Shown here: piece by piece, positions 36,948-46,526 of the stretch
Position numbering within the stretch: the stretch's first letter is position 1
Layout: the number at the start of each line of letters is the position of its first letter
Source: Candidatus Saccharimonadota bacterium
GTDB taxonomy: Bacteria > Patescibacteriota > Saccharimonadia > Saccharimonadales > OFTM59
DNA: 64,000 bases
NCBI GenBank assembly: GCA_029260875.1
Contig: JAJDCL010000011.1
Coordinates: forward strand, 62,401-126,400
Reading direction: 5' to 3'
Made by a program: the position numbers and the translations under genes
The notes under the pieces: generated by a model
The model's input: only the letters and a program-made list of their open reading frames with translations
What the model was told of the DNA's origin: nothing
Database searches by the model: none

Positions 36948-37824
36948 AGTATTCATCGACCAACTTTCTCTTTTCTTCGAGCAGTGCACCTGTACGCAAT
37001 TGTGGCTGTGAATTAATCTCCAAGAAGTACAGTTGCTGGGTCTCCAGATTAGGCATTAAATCTATCCCACATATATTAAGTTGGAGCCTGTCACTAATCT
37101 TTCGCGCGTCTTCCAGGGTTTTTTGAGTCAGTATATTGTCTTTTTTTGTAGCCACCGCACCTTTGGAGGTGTTGTTTAGGTGGGTGTCGCTGCTACCTCG
37201 TCTTTCAAACATAAGTAGCGACTCACCAATCAACAGCAATCGGTAATCGCGATCATTCGGGCAGTACTCTTGTGCAAGAAAATCCACCGTATATTCATCT
37301 ACAGTATGATGTTTGGCTTCGTCTGGTGATTTAATCAGGTAGTTTGAGTCGCCATGTGAGCCTACATTAGTTTTTAAAATGTACGGTGTCCCAAAATGGT
37401 GCTCAGCCTGATAAATCAGTCGTTCTTTGTTGACACAATAGATGGTTTTTAGAAAGGTAACTTTTTCTTCCAGAAATATAATCGACTGCGCAAATTTGGT
37501 GCCCGGATAATATAAAGAGCAGTCATTTACGCAATCAATATTGTTCCACATGCAGTATCTACTCAAGTAATAAGCCTGCGCACTGTTAAGCCTCATTTTG
37601 GGGTCGCGTATGAATATACTGTCCATGTTCTTAGCGTCAATGTTATTTAGCATGTCAAACACATCAAAACGCCCGGGCATCACCATAAAAGCAAGTTGAT
37701 CGAGGTAGGTTTTATAAACTGTCGCCTTGTCACCAAGAGTCTCGGCTAAGTAAGCGGCAAAGTCCCGCAAGGATTGCTCGGCTTGCTCATCAATCTGCAT
37801 GCCACCAACTATCAGAATTTTCAT
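36919..37824 (-). CDS. ATP-grasp ligase of uncertain specificity
   Basis: The C-terminus ICGIDLMPNLETQQLYFLEINSQPQL is the ATP-grasp GxDxxxxxxxxxYxLEVNxxPG block. There is a central Lys/Gly ATP-binding region. Confidence 0.5.
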   Translation of the reverse strand: MKILIVGGMQIDEQAEQSLRDFAAYLAETLGDKATVYKTYLDQLAFMVMPGRFDVFDMLNNIDAKNMDSIFIRDPKMRLNSAQAYYLSRYCMWNNIDCVNDCSLYYPGTKFAQSIIFLEEKVTFLKTIYCVNKERLIYQAEHHFGTPYILKTNVGSHGDSNYLIKSPDEAKHHTVDEYTVDFLAQEYCPNDRDYRLLLIGESLLMFERRGSSDTHLNNTSKGAVATKKDNILTQKTLEDARKISDRLQLNICGIDLMPNLETQQLYFLEINSQPQLRTGALLEEKRKLVDEYFSRLLDQKA

Positions 37825-37999
37825 TGTTAATAGAGTACCATGGGCAGGTACTTATCGTGCGTTTTTGACCCGTAGATATGCAAAAGCTATTGCTGTGAAA
37901 AGAATCAGCATAAGCATGACTACCATGGCAATAAAGCCGTTTTGTTGGCCGTGTAAATCTTTCATCTTAAGCTTATTATATAGTAAGAAGCACTCGTTT

Positions 38000-39346
38000 T
38001 TATTTCTTAGCTGGCGGAAGTTTGCCGCCAGATTCTTCATTGTAGAGGGCTTGGCTGCCGAATGACTCGGGGTGTTGATTGGCTAGCTCAAACATATCAG
38101 GCGTGTTCTTATCATCAATGTTTTTGTCGCCATGAGCTATGCGCTCAGCCTGCTCTTTTCTAATATCGCCCCAAGTCTGTTTGATCGCCAAGCCAGATAT
38201 GGGCTGAGCAGCATGATGCGTTTTACTAGGCGCAGCGACCACGGGGGGCTGTGGAGCCATTACCGTTTTAGCCGTTAAGGTTGGGGGTGGCGGCAAAGGC
38301 ACGGGCTGCACCGGTGCTTGGGGCGCTGGTGTTTGTGACGTAATAGTGGCTACAGGTTCAAGGTCCGGATCATCTCTGGCTGGCAGTTTGTTAGAGTGGG
38401 GTCGGTTTTTGGTTTTGCGCCTTCGGTAATATAAAAAGAATATTCCATCCATCAGAAGAATCAAAGCACCCAGTATTGCCACGGTTGGTATGGAACCGTC
38501 TTTGTTGTGTACCTGTTCCTCAGAAGATTGTCCATTTAAAAGGTCACTTATCGTAGGCTCTTCGTCTGTTGGGGTGCTATCGGTAGCGGTGGCTTCATCG
38601 GATAATAAGCCCTGAGGAGCACTATCGCCTTCCGGCGAGCTTGGCAAAGCAGAGGGGGGCTGCCCTGAGTCTAACGGCGCACTAGGGCTAGAAGGGTTGG
38701 ATGGTCCTGAAGACGAAGAAGTGGGGGGAGAGGCGGGAGGCGCCGGAGACGAGGGAGGAGAGGGCGCGGGCGAGGGTGACGGCGAAGGGGCTGGTGCAGC
38801 TGGACCGGTAATTGTTATTGAGGCTGAAAGGTTTGATACTGGGTAATATTCGGGTCTGCTTCTCCCCTCGTATGCAAGTGCGCTACCAGTCAGGTTAGTT
38901 GTATGAGTCCCAAATACTGACTTGGCTGTGAGCCTGATGTTGGCGAGGTTAAAAAAACCGTCCGTGCCGCCGCTGTCAGTGCTTTCATATTCGAAAATAA
39001 CAGAACTAGGTGTCACCTGCTGCTGAACAATACGGAAGTCACTACCCCCATTACTGATGGATGTAAAGCTGAGCTTACTCGAATCAAAGTTGACTTGAAC
39101 AGACCCGCCGTTTACGTCTTTGGTTCCACTATTTAGTTGCACACTTACTGTTCTAGCTTGGTCAGGACTCGCACTTTGAGTACTGGGTGAGAGCGAAATA
39201 CCAATAAAAGGGGCAGCCAACAGCTGGACTAAGCCAACGGCCGTCATAATCACACCGAAGCATAAACCAAACACTAAACTGCGTCGCAAGTGTACGTGCA
39301 GTTTGCGGTGCTGCAACACCATTTTTGGCTTGTGGTTTTTACGCAT
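38000..39346 (-). CDS. Bitopic membrane protein with an N-terminal extracellular Ig/cohesin-like domain, Pro-rich linkers and a cytoplasmic tail
   Basis: Signal anchor, then TVSVQLNSGTKDVNGGSVQVNFDSSKLSFTSISNG, then a PAPSPSPSPAPSPPSSP linker, then a TM (TVAILGALILLMDGIFFLYY) followed by RRRKTK. Confidence 0.45.
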   Translation of the reverse strand: MRKNHKPKMVLQHRKLHVHLRRSLVFGLCFGVIMTAVGLVQLLAAPFIGISLSPSTQSASPDQARTVSVQLNSGTKDVNGGSVQVNFDSSKLSFTSISNGGSDFRIVQQQVTPSSVIFEYESTDSGGTDGFFNLANIRLTAKSVFGTHTTNLTGSALAYEGRSRPEYYPVSNLSASITITGPAAPAPSPSPSPAPSPPSSPAPPASPPTSSSSGPSNPSSPSAPLDSGQPPSALPSSPEGDSAPQGLLSDEATATDSTPTDEEPTISDLLNGQSSEEQVHNKDGSIPTVAILGALILLMDGIFFLYYRRRKTKNRPHSNKLPARDDPDLEPVATITSQTPAPQAPVQPVPLPPPPTLTAKTVMAPQPPVVAAPSKTHHAAQPISGLAIKQTWGDIRKEQAERIAHGDKNIDDKNTPDMFELANQHPESFGSQALYNEESGGKLPPAKK

Positions 39347-39396
39347 TATTTTATCTCAGCATAACCGATTATGGCGTGTCTTGCCATCCCTAGCAA

Positions 39397-40518
39397 TTAA
39401 GAGTGGCCAAAAAAGGGCTTCTTGCCATCAAACTCTTTTGCTAACTGTTCTAAAAGTTCCTTTTGACGTTTAGTAAGTTTTACTGGTGTTTCTACATGAA
39501 TTGTAACTATGTGAGCGCCACGAGTACTACTCTTAAGGTGCGGAACGCCGTGTTCAGAAAGCTTAAAATCAGTTCCACTTTGTGTCCCGGCCGGTATTTT
39601 CATTCGAACTGGCCCATCTACGGTATCTACATTTATTTCTGTTCCTAATGACGCATCAACCATACCAATTGTTTCTTCACTTAAAATAATGTCGCCTTCA
39701 CGTGTAAATTTCTTGTGCGGCTTTACACGAATGTTTACATATAGGTCGCCCTTCGGGCCGTTAGCAACCGCTTCTCCGTGCTCGCGCAAGCGGATTGTTG
39801 CTCCATCGTCAATACCGGCAGGGATTTTCAAACCTATGGTCTGCGCCCGTCGCTGCGTCCCCTTGCCGTTACAAACAGTACAAGCTTTCTCAGGCACTTT
39901 CCCCTTACCTCTGCACTTAGGACAAATACTTGCCTGCTGTATGTTGCCAAATATAGTGCGAGTCACACTTACGACCTGGCCCGAGCCTTTACATTCGTCA
40001 CAAGTTTTAAGCTCATACCCGGGTTCAACAGTTACCCCCTTACAATGCTCACAAGTATCCTCCAGGTTTAAGTTAAGGTCGGCTTCAGTCCCAAAGACCG
40101 CCTGTTCAAAGGTAATTTCTATAGTAGTTTCTACGTCGCGGCCACGAGCCTGGCGCTGGCTGCGCGTACCCCCTCCGCCACCGCCCCCGAAAAAACTGCC
40201 AAAAATATCACCCAGCCCCAGGTCGCCAAAATCAAAGTGCACTTCTTGCCCGTTACCAAAACCAGCAAATGGATTTCCACCGCCAGCTCCGTTACCTCCT
40301 ACTCCAGCATGACCAAATTGGTCATAGCGCTGGCGTTTGCTCGGGTCTTTTAAGACTTCGTAAGCTTCATTGAGCTCTTTGAACTTAGTCTCATCACCAC
40401 CCTCTTTGTCAGGATGATGCTGTACTGCCTGCCTACGGAATGCTTTTTTGATCTCATCCGCACTGGCATTCTTGCCAACCCCTAAAACTTCGTAATAGTC
40501 ACGTTTGCTCATAGTCAT
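39397..40518 (-). CDS. dnaJ: Chaperone DnaJ
   Basis: J domain with HPD (YYEVLGV...HHPDK), a G/F region, and four CxxCxGxG zinc-finger repeats. Confidence 0.95.
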   Translation of the reverse strand: MTMSKRDYYEVLGVGKNASADEIKKAFRRQAVQHHPDKEGGDETKFKELNEAYEVLKDPSKRQRYDQFGHAGVGGNGAGGGNPFAGFGNGQEVHFDFGDLGLGDIFGSFFGGGGGGGTRSQRQARGRDVETTIEITFEQAVFGTEADLNLNLEDTCEHCKGVTVEPGYELKTCDECKGSGQVVSVTRTIFGNIQQASICPKCRGKGKVPEKACTVCNGKGTQRRAQTIGLKIPAGIDDGATIRLREHGEAVANGPKGDLYVNIRVKPHKKFTREGDIILSEETIGMVDASLGTEINVDTVDGPVRMKIPAGTQSGTDFKLSEHGVPHLKSSTRGAHIVTIHVETPVKLTKRQKELLEQLAKEFDGKKPFFGHS

Positions 40519-40817
40519 TTCTTCATTCTATAAAGTAACCGATTCAGGGCTACAAGGATAACACTTAGGGTAAAAAGCACGAATATTATAGAAATTACAC
40601 TGGACACTACCGCTTCCCATCCACCTACGCAACCAAAATCTGCAAAACCAGGCCCACTGCACGGATACTTGTCCAGTTCCCGGTTACCAAATAGCCAGAT
40701 AAAGAGTGGAGTGAATAACCATGTACCGAACACTAATAAAACTACCACGTCTGGCCAGGGGTTTGTGTTAGCTGAAGGCCTCAATAGTGACCTAAATCCT
40801 GGGGCCATTTTAGACAT
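40515..40817 (-). CDS. Small membrane protein between dnaK and dnaJ
   Basis: Two TM segments. It overlaps the dnaJ start. Confidence 0.35.
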   Translation of the reverse strand: MSKMAPGFRSLLRPSANTNPWPDVVVLLVFGTWLFTPLFIWLFGNRELDKYPCSGPGFADFGCVGGWEAVVSSVISIIFVLFTLSVILVALNRLLYRMKK

Positions 40818-40822
40818 AAAGT

Positions 40823-42760
40823 TTATTTTTCCTCTTTGTCGTCGACGACTTCGCCTTCTACGGGGTTGTCTTTGTCTTTTTTGCCTGCCTTTGCGTCTGA
40901 TTTTTCTTCATTTTCTGCGCTTCCGTCTTCTGGTTTTGCGTCCTTGGCTGCCTGTTCGTACATCTTGGCACCGATTGGCATGAGTTTGTCGGTTAGCTCT
41001 TTGGCGGCTGTTTCCAGTGTGTCTTTGTCGGATTTTTCGTCAGCTAGAACCTTTTTGGCAGCTTCCATTGATTCATCAATAGATTTTGAGTCTTCTTCGC
41101 TGATTTTGTCCTTATTGTCGGACTTCATCTTTTCAGCTTGGTAAACCGCGCTGTCCAATTGGTTGCGGGCATCAATTGATTCGCGCTTTTTCTTGTCTTC
41201 GTCGGCGTGGGCCTCGGCCTCTTTGGCCATTTTCTCAACTTCTTCTTTGGATAGACCGCTACTGTTTTGGATTGTAATGCTTTGTTCTTTGCCAGAACCT
41301 TTGTCTTTGGCGCTAACATTTAATATACCGTTGGCGTCAAGATTAAACGTAACCTCAATCTGCGGTACACCGCGCGGTGCAGATGGGATGCCGTCCAGCA
41401 CAAAGCGTCCCAAAGACTTGTTGTCGGCTACCATTTCACGCTCACCTTGCACCACATGGATTTCCACTTGTGGCTGATTATCTGCAGCAGTTGAGAATAC
41501 CTCGCTCTTGCTGGTCGGAATTGTGGTGTTGCGTTCAATCAGTTTGGTAGCCACGCCACCCAGTGTTTCAATACCAAGTGAAAGTGGTGTTACGTCAAGA
41601 AGTAGAACGTCCTTAACGTCACCCTGCAGCACACCACCTTGGATAGCAGCGCCTACAGCAACAACCTCGTCAGGATTAACACCTTTCATTGGCTCTTTAC
41701 CGAAGATTTTCTTAACTTTTTCTTGTACGGCAGGCATACGGGTCATACCACCAACCAGCACGACAGCGTCAATATCGCTTGCTTTTATGCCTGCATCTTT
41801 TAGCGCTTTTTCGCAAGGTGCCGCAGTTTTGTCAATCAGATCACCTACCAAGCTTTCCAACTTAGCGCGTGTCAATTTAGTCTCAAAGTGCTTTGGCCCA
41901 TCTGCATCAGCCGTTAAGAATGGCAGGTTTATATCTACCTCAGTTGTGGTTGAAAGTTCGATCTTGGCCTTCTCGGCTTCGTCACGCAAGCGCTGCATTG
42001 CAGCTTTGTCTTCGGTAATGCTAATGCCGTGCTCTTTTTTGAACTCATCGGCAAAGTAATTTACTAATATGCGGTCAAAGTCGGCACCGCCAAGGTGTGT
42101 GTCACCGTTAGTAGCCTTCACCTCAAACACCCCATCACCAAGCTCTAAGATTGATACGTCAAATGTCCCTCCACCAAGGTCATACACAGCAATCTTTTCA
42201 TCTTTCTTAGATTCTTTGTCCAGACCGTAGGCTAAAGCAGCTGCCGTCGGCTCGTTGATAATACGCTTTACCTCAAGGCCGGCAATCTTACCAGCATCTT
42301 TAGTGGCCTGGCGCTGAGAGTCGTCAAAGTAGGCAGGCACCGTGATAACAGCTTCTGTTACAGGCTCGCCCAAGAAACTTTCGGCGTCTGATTTTAGTTT
42401 GCCTAGTATCATGGCGCTGATTTCTTCGGGGCTGTATTCTTTGTCGCCCATCTTGACCTTTACGCCATTACCGCTCTTGACCATTTCATAGCCCATCAGC
42501 TTTATATCGCGCTGGACTTCTTTGTCTTCCCAACGTCGGCCGATCAGGCGTTTGACTTCATAAATAGTGTTTTTAGAGTTAGTGACCTGCTGGCGCCGCG
42601 CTACCTGGCCAACTAAACGCTCGCCGTTCTTATTAACAGCTACTACGCTAGGGGTGGTGCGCGCGCCCTCAGAATTAGCAATAATCTCCGGCTTACCAGC
42701 CTGCATAACGGCCATCGCCGAGTTAGTAGTACCTAAATCTATTCCGATAATCTTACCCAT
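40823..42760 (-). CDS. dnaK: Chaperone DnaK (Hsp70)
   Basis: [18 protein letters not shown] and a full Hsp70 architecture. Confidence 0.97.
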   Translation of the reverse strand: MGKIIGIDLGTTNSAMAVMQAGKPEIIANSEGARTTPSVVAVNKNGERLVGQVARRQQVTNSKNTIYEVKRLIGRRWEDKEVQRDIKLMGYEMVKSGNGVKVKMGDKEYSPEEISAMILGKLKSDAESFLGEPVTEAVITVPAYFDDSQRQATKDAGKIAGLEVKRIINEPTAAALAYGLDKESKKDEKIAVYDLGGGTFDVSILELGDGVFEVKATNGDTHLGGADFDRILVNYFADEFKKEHGISITEDKAAMQRLRDEAEKAKIELSTTTEVDINLPFLTADADGPKHFETKLTRAKLESLVGDLIDKTAAPCEKALKDAGIKASDIDAVVLVGGMTRMPAVQEKVKKIFGKEPMKGVNPDEVVAVGAAIQGGVLQGDVKDVLLLDVTPLSLGIETLGGVATKLIERNTTIPTSKSEVFSTAADNQPQVEIHVVQGEREMVADNKSLGRFVLDGIPSAPRGVPQIEVTFNLDANGILNVSAKDKGSGKEQSITIQNSSGLSKEEVEKMAKEAEAHADEDKKKRESIDARNQLDSAVYQAEKMKSDNKDKISEEDSKSIDESMEAAKKVLADEKSDKDTLETAAKELTDKLMPIGAKMYEQAAKDAKPEDGSAENEEKSDAKAGKKDKDNPVEGEVVDDKEEK

Positions 42761-42805
42761 TATTTTCCTCCTCTATTCTTAGGTATCCAATGTTGCTCCT
42801 CCTAA

Positions 42806-42879
42806 TTAGCAGCTAACATACAAGGGTGCTAGAACTATTCTAGCATAAAAAATTAGCACTCACATGTCAAGAGTGCTAG
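42806..42879. promoter_or_regulatory. Tandem CIRCE (HrcA operator) elements upstream of dnaK
   Basis: A perfect TTAGCACTC-acatgtcaa-GAGTGCTAg at 42853..42879. A degenerate copy TTAGCAgcT-aacatacaa-GgGTGCTAg at 42806..42832. Confidence 0.8.
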
Positions 42880-43184
42880 TTAGAATGTTGATTTTCTGCT
42901 TCTGAACGTCGTCGTATTTCCGCCAAGTTGAATAGTTGCATCAATGCAGTTTTCCCTATACCGTTCTTTAAAGCATCATTGCCTATACGTAAAAATTCTT
43001 GCTGAAGTTCAGCCGTATCAAGTCTGCCCGACGATCCAGCCAACAATCCGTAAAAGCTGTCCGCCACGCCATAGAACGGCTGGTCTTTGAGCGGGTATTT
43101 TCCAGATTTCCATACATCAATTTCATGGCTGATATCTAGATCAAGTTGTAGCTCGGGTAGGTCTTCCATGTTATTACTGTCCAT
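42876..43184 (-). CDS. Hypothetical protein between grpE and dnaK
   Basis: ORF only. Confidence 0.35.
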   Translation of the reverse strand: MDSNNMEDLPELQLDLDISHEIDVWKSGKYPLKDQPFYGVADSFYGLLAGSSGRLDTAELQQEFLRIGNDALKNGIGKTALMQLFNLAEIRRRSEAENQHSN

Positions 43185-43296
43185 TATCTCGTACTAGCAT
43201 CGCGCAGAGGCAAAAAATTTTCTATAAAATTTCTATCTTAGTGTAAGACTTATCACCCCTTTAGAGTTGCACGCTCATCTGTTTCGTTCAGTGAGT

Positions 43297-43761
43297 TTAC
43301 TTCAAGGTTACTTTTACCATGGCATGGCGCATGATTTCATCTCCTAGCTTGTAGCCAGATTGTAATTCTTCGGCTACTACCTCAGTAGTTCCTTCGCCCT
43401 CTTCCATAGTTACGGCTTCATGTAGCCGCGGATCAAAGACCTCACCTACGGTCTTTATGCGTTCAACGCCCATTTGTTCTAAAGTTTTCTCAAACTGCTT
43501 TACAACTCCTTGGACGCCTTTGACATAATCATTATCTTTAAGGTCTGCTGGCACATGCTTAAGCGCCCGCTCAAAGTTATCTATGACCGGCAAAAGCTCA
43601 CGCACAACATTGGCTTTGACAAGAGTTTTCAGCGACCCTATTTGTTCTTCGTGACGACGTCGGATATTTTCAGAATCCGCGCGCTCACGCTGCAATGCCT
43701 CGGTAAGCTCGACGACCTGTTGCTTCAGTGTATCAATAGTTGGGTGTTTTAATTTATTCAT
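43297..43761 (-). CDS. grpE: Nucleotide exchange factor GrpE
   Basis: The coiled-coil N-terminus and the C-terminal GrpE signature EVFDPRLHEAV...VKVTL. Confidence 0.9.
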   Translation of the reverse strand: MNKLKHPTIDTLKQQVVELTEALQRERADSENIRRRHEEQIGSLKTLVKANVVRELLPVIDNFERALKHVPADLKDNDYVKGVQGVVKQFEKTLEQMGVERIKTVGEVFDPRLHEAVTMEEGEGTTEVVAEELQSGYKLGDEIMRHAMVKVTLK

Positions 43762-44308
43762 CTGTAACTCCGTTCGGCGTTAAAGCATTACGGGGCTGAC
43801 CACGGAAAACAAAAAGCGCGCTCGTAACAACATCAAAACTCCGCACGCCACGACGTAAGCTATAAAGCCCCATCTCCTCATGTTCTAACCACAATCCTTT
43901 ATACGCCACAACTGTGGGTAAGCTATGATCGTACTGAGTTCCTTTAAAAGCATAATCTTCGTCTGTAGGTAATGGTTTATTGCCTCGCTGCATATGTTCT
44001 GTTGTAACAGCATATGTACGACGACGATCGCCAAAAGTTGCACGACGCAAGACATTTTTCCCGGGGAAACCACACCACATAGAACTCTTTAGCTGCGCAT
44101 CGCTAAAACAGTCTTCTGCGAACTCCAATATAAATCGTGATAGTCTAGTAACGTCTGGTTCTTGTTCAAGCATCCTATCAAGATTACCCTCATAAACAAG
44201 CCATGGGTACTGTAGACCATTATCATTAGACTTAACGGGCCTCCAGAGCTCTTCGGTTCTAGTAGCTGTATGTGAAGGGATAATCCTTTCACACTGATCA
44301 TTATTCAT
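43754..44308 (-). CDS. Hypothetical protein inserted between hrcA and grpE
   Basis: ORF with 8 nt overlaps on both sides. No recognisable motif. Confidence 0.4.
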   Translation of the reverse strand: MNNDQCERIIPSHTATRTEELWRPVKSNDNGLQYPWLVYEGNLDRMLEQEPDVTRLSRFILEFAEDCFSDAQLKSSMWCGFPGKNVLRRATFGDRRRTYAVTTEHMQRGNKPLPTDEDYAFKGTQYDHSLPTVVAYKGLWLEHEEMGLYSLRRGVRSFDVVTSALFVFRGQPRNALTPNGVTDE

Positions 44309-45005
44309 ATAGTGCCTCCTCAAGCGCATGCCCTGTACGCTTAACAAGATGCATCACGTCTCGGTATTGCTGACGAGTAGGACCAAGTACGCCCACATAA
44401 CTATTGTCAGAGTAAGGGCTACGGAAACGGCTGATAATTAGCGTAACTCCTGCGCTGCGTCCGATCGGATTCTCGTGACCTATATAAACACTTAGTGGCT
44501 CGTTGGGTGCGACCTCCTGAAGCCAGGGTTCGAGATTATCAAGTAAATGTGCGACCTGCTGAGCTTGGCCTGCTTGCACAAACTCTGGTTGGCCAAATAA
44601 ATTTGATAGCCCACTCATATAAAGCTGGTTGCCTATGGTGGCCAGCCCTAAATTGTGTGTTAGTTCAACTAGAGTATCTACCGCACTACGAATAGTGTGC
44701 TCTGGCAACCCGCCACCACTGACACGAGCAGCTAGCGCTCGCTCTGCGCGACGCTCGCCTTGAGTCTCGTCACTTGCCTGCAAATGATTTACATAATGCC
44801 TGTACCCTTTATCCGTAGGCACACGACCAGCACTAGTATGTGGCTGCATGATAAAACCCATTCTTTCAAGCTCAGCCATTTCTGCCCGGATAGTTGCTGA
44901 AGAAACGCCAAAGGCTTTTGCAAGCAAAGAAGAGCCTACAGGGCTTGCGACCTCTGCATATTGCTCCACAATAGCAGCCAAGATTTTCTGTTGCCTCGGA
45001 CTCAT
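44301..45005 (-). CDS. hrcA: Heat-inducible transcriptional repressor HrcA (short form)
   Basis: The start MSPRQQKILAAIVEQYAEVASPVGSSLLAKAFGVSSATIRAEMAELERMGF is a winged helix. Confidence 0.75.
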   Translation of the reverse strand: MSPRQQKILAAIVEQYAEVASPVGSSLLAKAFGVSSATIRAEMAELERMGFIMQPHTSAGRVPTDKGYRHYVNHLQASDETQGERRAERALAARVSGGGLPEHTIRSAVDTLVELTHNLGLATIGNQLYMSGLSNLFGQPEFVQAGQAQQVAHLLDNLEPWLQEVAPNEPLSVYIGHENPIGRSAGVTLIISRFRSPYSDNSYVGVLGPTRQQYRDVMHLVKRTGHALEEALYE

Positions 45006-45025
45006 AACGTTTATATAGTAGCATT

Positions 45026-45052
45026 TTGGCAGTCCTGTATCAAGAGTGCCAG
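45026..45052. promoter_or_regulatory. Degenerate CIRCE-like inverted repeat upstream of hrcA
   Basis: TTgGCAgTC-ctgtatcaa-GAGTGCcAg matches the CIRCE consensus at 7/9 plus 7/9 with an exact N9 spacer. Confidence 0.45.
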
Positions 45053-45099
45053 TGCATAGATACTTGCCATGAACGTACGCATGTCTATACAATACCGAG

Positions 45100-45726
45100 A
45101 TGGGGATACCCGGATACGAAACCAAAATTACGCAGATCAAAACGTGGCTTGGTAGTGGTGCGCTCAATATTTTTGGGCTACCTTTTGCCGGCAAAGACAC
45201 CCATGCCCGTGAATTAGCCAGCATTTTTGACGGAGTTGTCATTGGCGGTGGCGATATTTTACGATCAAAACACACTCCCTCACACGTGCAAGAACATATT
45301 AAAAGCGGGGCTTTAGCCCCTACTGATGAATATTTAAGAATAGTTCTACCCTATTTTTCGCGTAAAGAGCTTATTGGCAAGCCGCTAATTCTAAGCTCGG
45401 TCGGGCGTTGGCACGGCGAAGAAGCTGGGGTGCTAGAAGCCACGGCAGAATCAGGCCACCCATTACGCCAGGTAATATATCTAGAAATTTCAGATGACGA
45501 GATGCGCCGTAGATGGCAAGCCGCTCAAGAGCTAAAAGACAGAGGTGAGCGCAGAGACGATGCCGAACATGTTTTAGACACTCGGCTTGAAGAGTTTAGA
45601 AGCAAAACCATGCCTGTTCTGGATTTTTATAAGGATCAAGGCATGCTCATAGAGACTGATGGTATGCCTGGAAGGCAAGAAGTATTGCATGCAATTATTG
45701 ATCAACTTTACTTAAGAGCTGTTTAA
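45100..45726 (+). CDS. adk: Divergent adenylate kinase-like NMP kinase
   Basis: P-loop GLPFAGKDT and the LID/C-terminal pattern RRDDAEHVLDTRLEEFRSKTMPVLDFYKDQG, which matches Adk R.DD.E....RL..Y...T.P...YY. Confidence 0.5.
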   Translation: MGIPGYETKITQIKTWLGSGALNIFGLPFAGKDTHARELASIFDGVVIGGGDILRSKHTPSHVQEHIKSGALAPTDEYLRIVLPYFSRKELIGKPLILSSVGRWHGEEAGVLEATAESGHPLRQVIYLEISDDEMRRRWQAAQELKDRGERRDDAEHVLDTRLEEFRSKTMPVLDFYKDQGMLIETDGMPGRQEVLHAIIDQLYLRAV

Positions 45727-45727
45727 T

Positions 45728-46057
45728 TTAACTTTTGTAAGCGGTTCCGGTTCCAATCAATATGACGATCCCTATAAGCAAAAGAATCCAGGGGTTATTC
45801 ACAAGTAGATCTATTTTATCTATAAGCTTTTCAAAGCCATAAAGTACAGATACAAAGCCGAATGTGGTCATGAGACCAAATAAAAGCGGGTATTTTATTT
45901 CTGCCTTTGATCTTTTGCTGTTCATAACCTGAATTAGACGTTCTTCGGCTGACGTAAAAGGTACAAGATTGTTTTTCATGCATATTTCCTCTTTACCTAT
46001 AATAATACCGCAAAAAATATTGCGAACAGCGCACAGTAGGCGTATAGATATAGGCAT
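45728..46057 (-). CDS. Small hypothetical membrane protein
   Basis: ORF with two TM segments. Confidence 0.3.
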   Translation of the reverse strand: MPISIRLLCAVRNIFCGIIIGKEEICMKNNLVPFTSAEERLIQVMNSKRSKAEIKYPLLFGLMTTFGFVSVLYGFEKLIDKIDLLVNNPWILLLIGIVILIGTGTAYKS

Positions 46058-46105
46058 AAGTTAAATGCTGGCCAGAACTTTGCTGGCAGGTAAAGGAGAC
46101 AAGAA

Positions 46106-46513
46106 ATGCCCGTAGCAGAAATTAACTATATAGCAGTGTTGGTAGCGGCCTTGGTATTTATGGTCGTAGGCTCAGTGTGGTATTCGCTTGGAGTATTTGG
46201 CAAAAGCTGGATGCACGAGGTCGGCCTGAAAGAAAGCGACATCAAACAAGGTCCCGGCAAAGGATATGCTCTAGCGATAGGAGCGAGCCTACTACAAGCT
46301 TTTGTATTGGCGCACTTTGTCTACTACGTTTCAGCAGAAAGCGCTGTGGATGGTGCCGTAACCGGGCTTTGGATTGGTTTTGGATTCGTTGCTATGGCAA
46401 TCGGGCTTAACTACGTGTTTGCCAAGCGTTCCGCCATGCTCTGGATGATTGATGCAGGCTACTTCGTCGTGTCGCTGATGATTGCCGGCGCAATTCTTGC
46501 AGTAATGCAATAG
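46106..46513 (+). CDS. DUF1761-family membrane protein
   Basis: INYIAVLVAALVFMVVGSVWYSLGVFGKSWM. Confidence 0.5.
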   Translation: MPVAEINYIAVLVAALVFMVVGSVWYSLGVFGKSWMHEVGLKESDIKQGPGKGYALAIGASLLQAFVLAHFVYYVSAESAVDGAVTGLWIGFGFVAMAIGLNYVFAKRSAMLWMIDAGYFVVSLMIAGAILAVMQ

Positions 46514-46526
46514 TTCTTTGGGGGCT

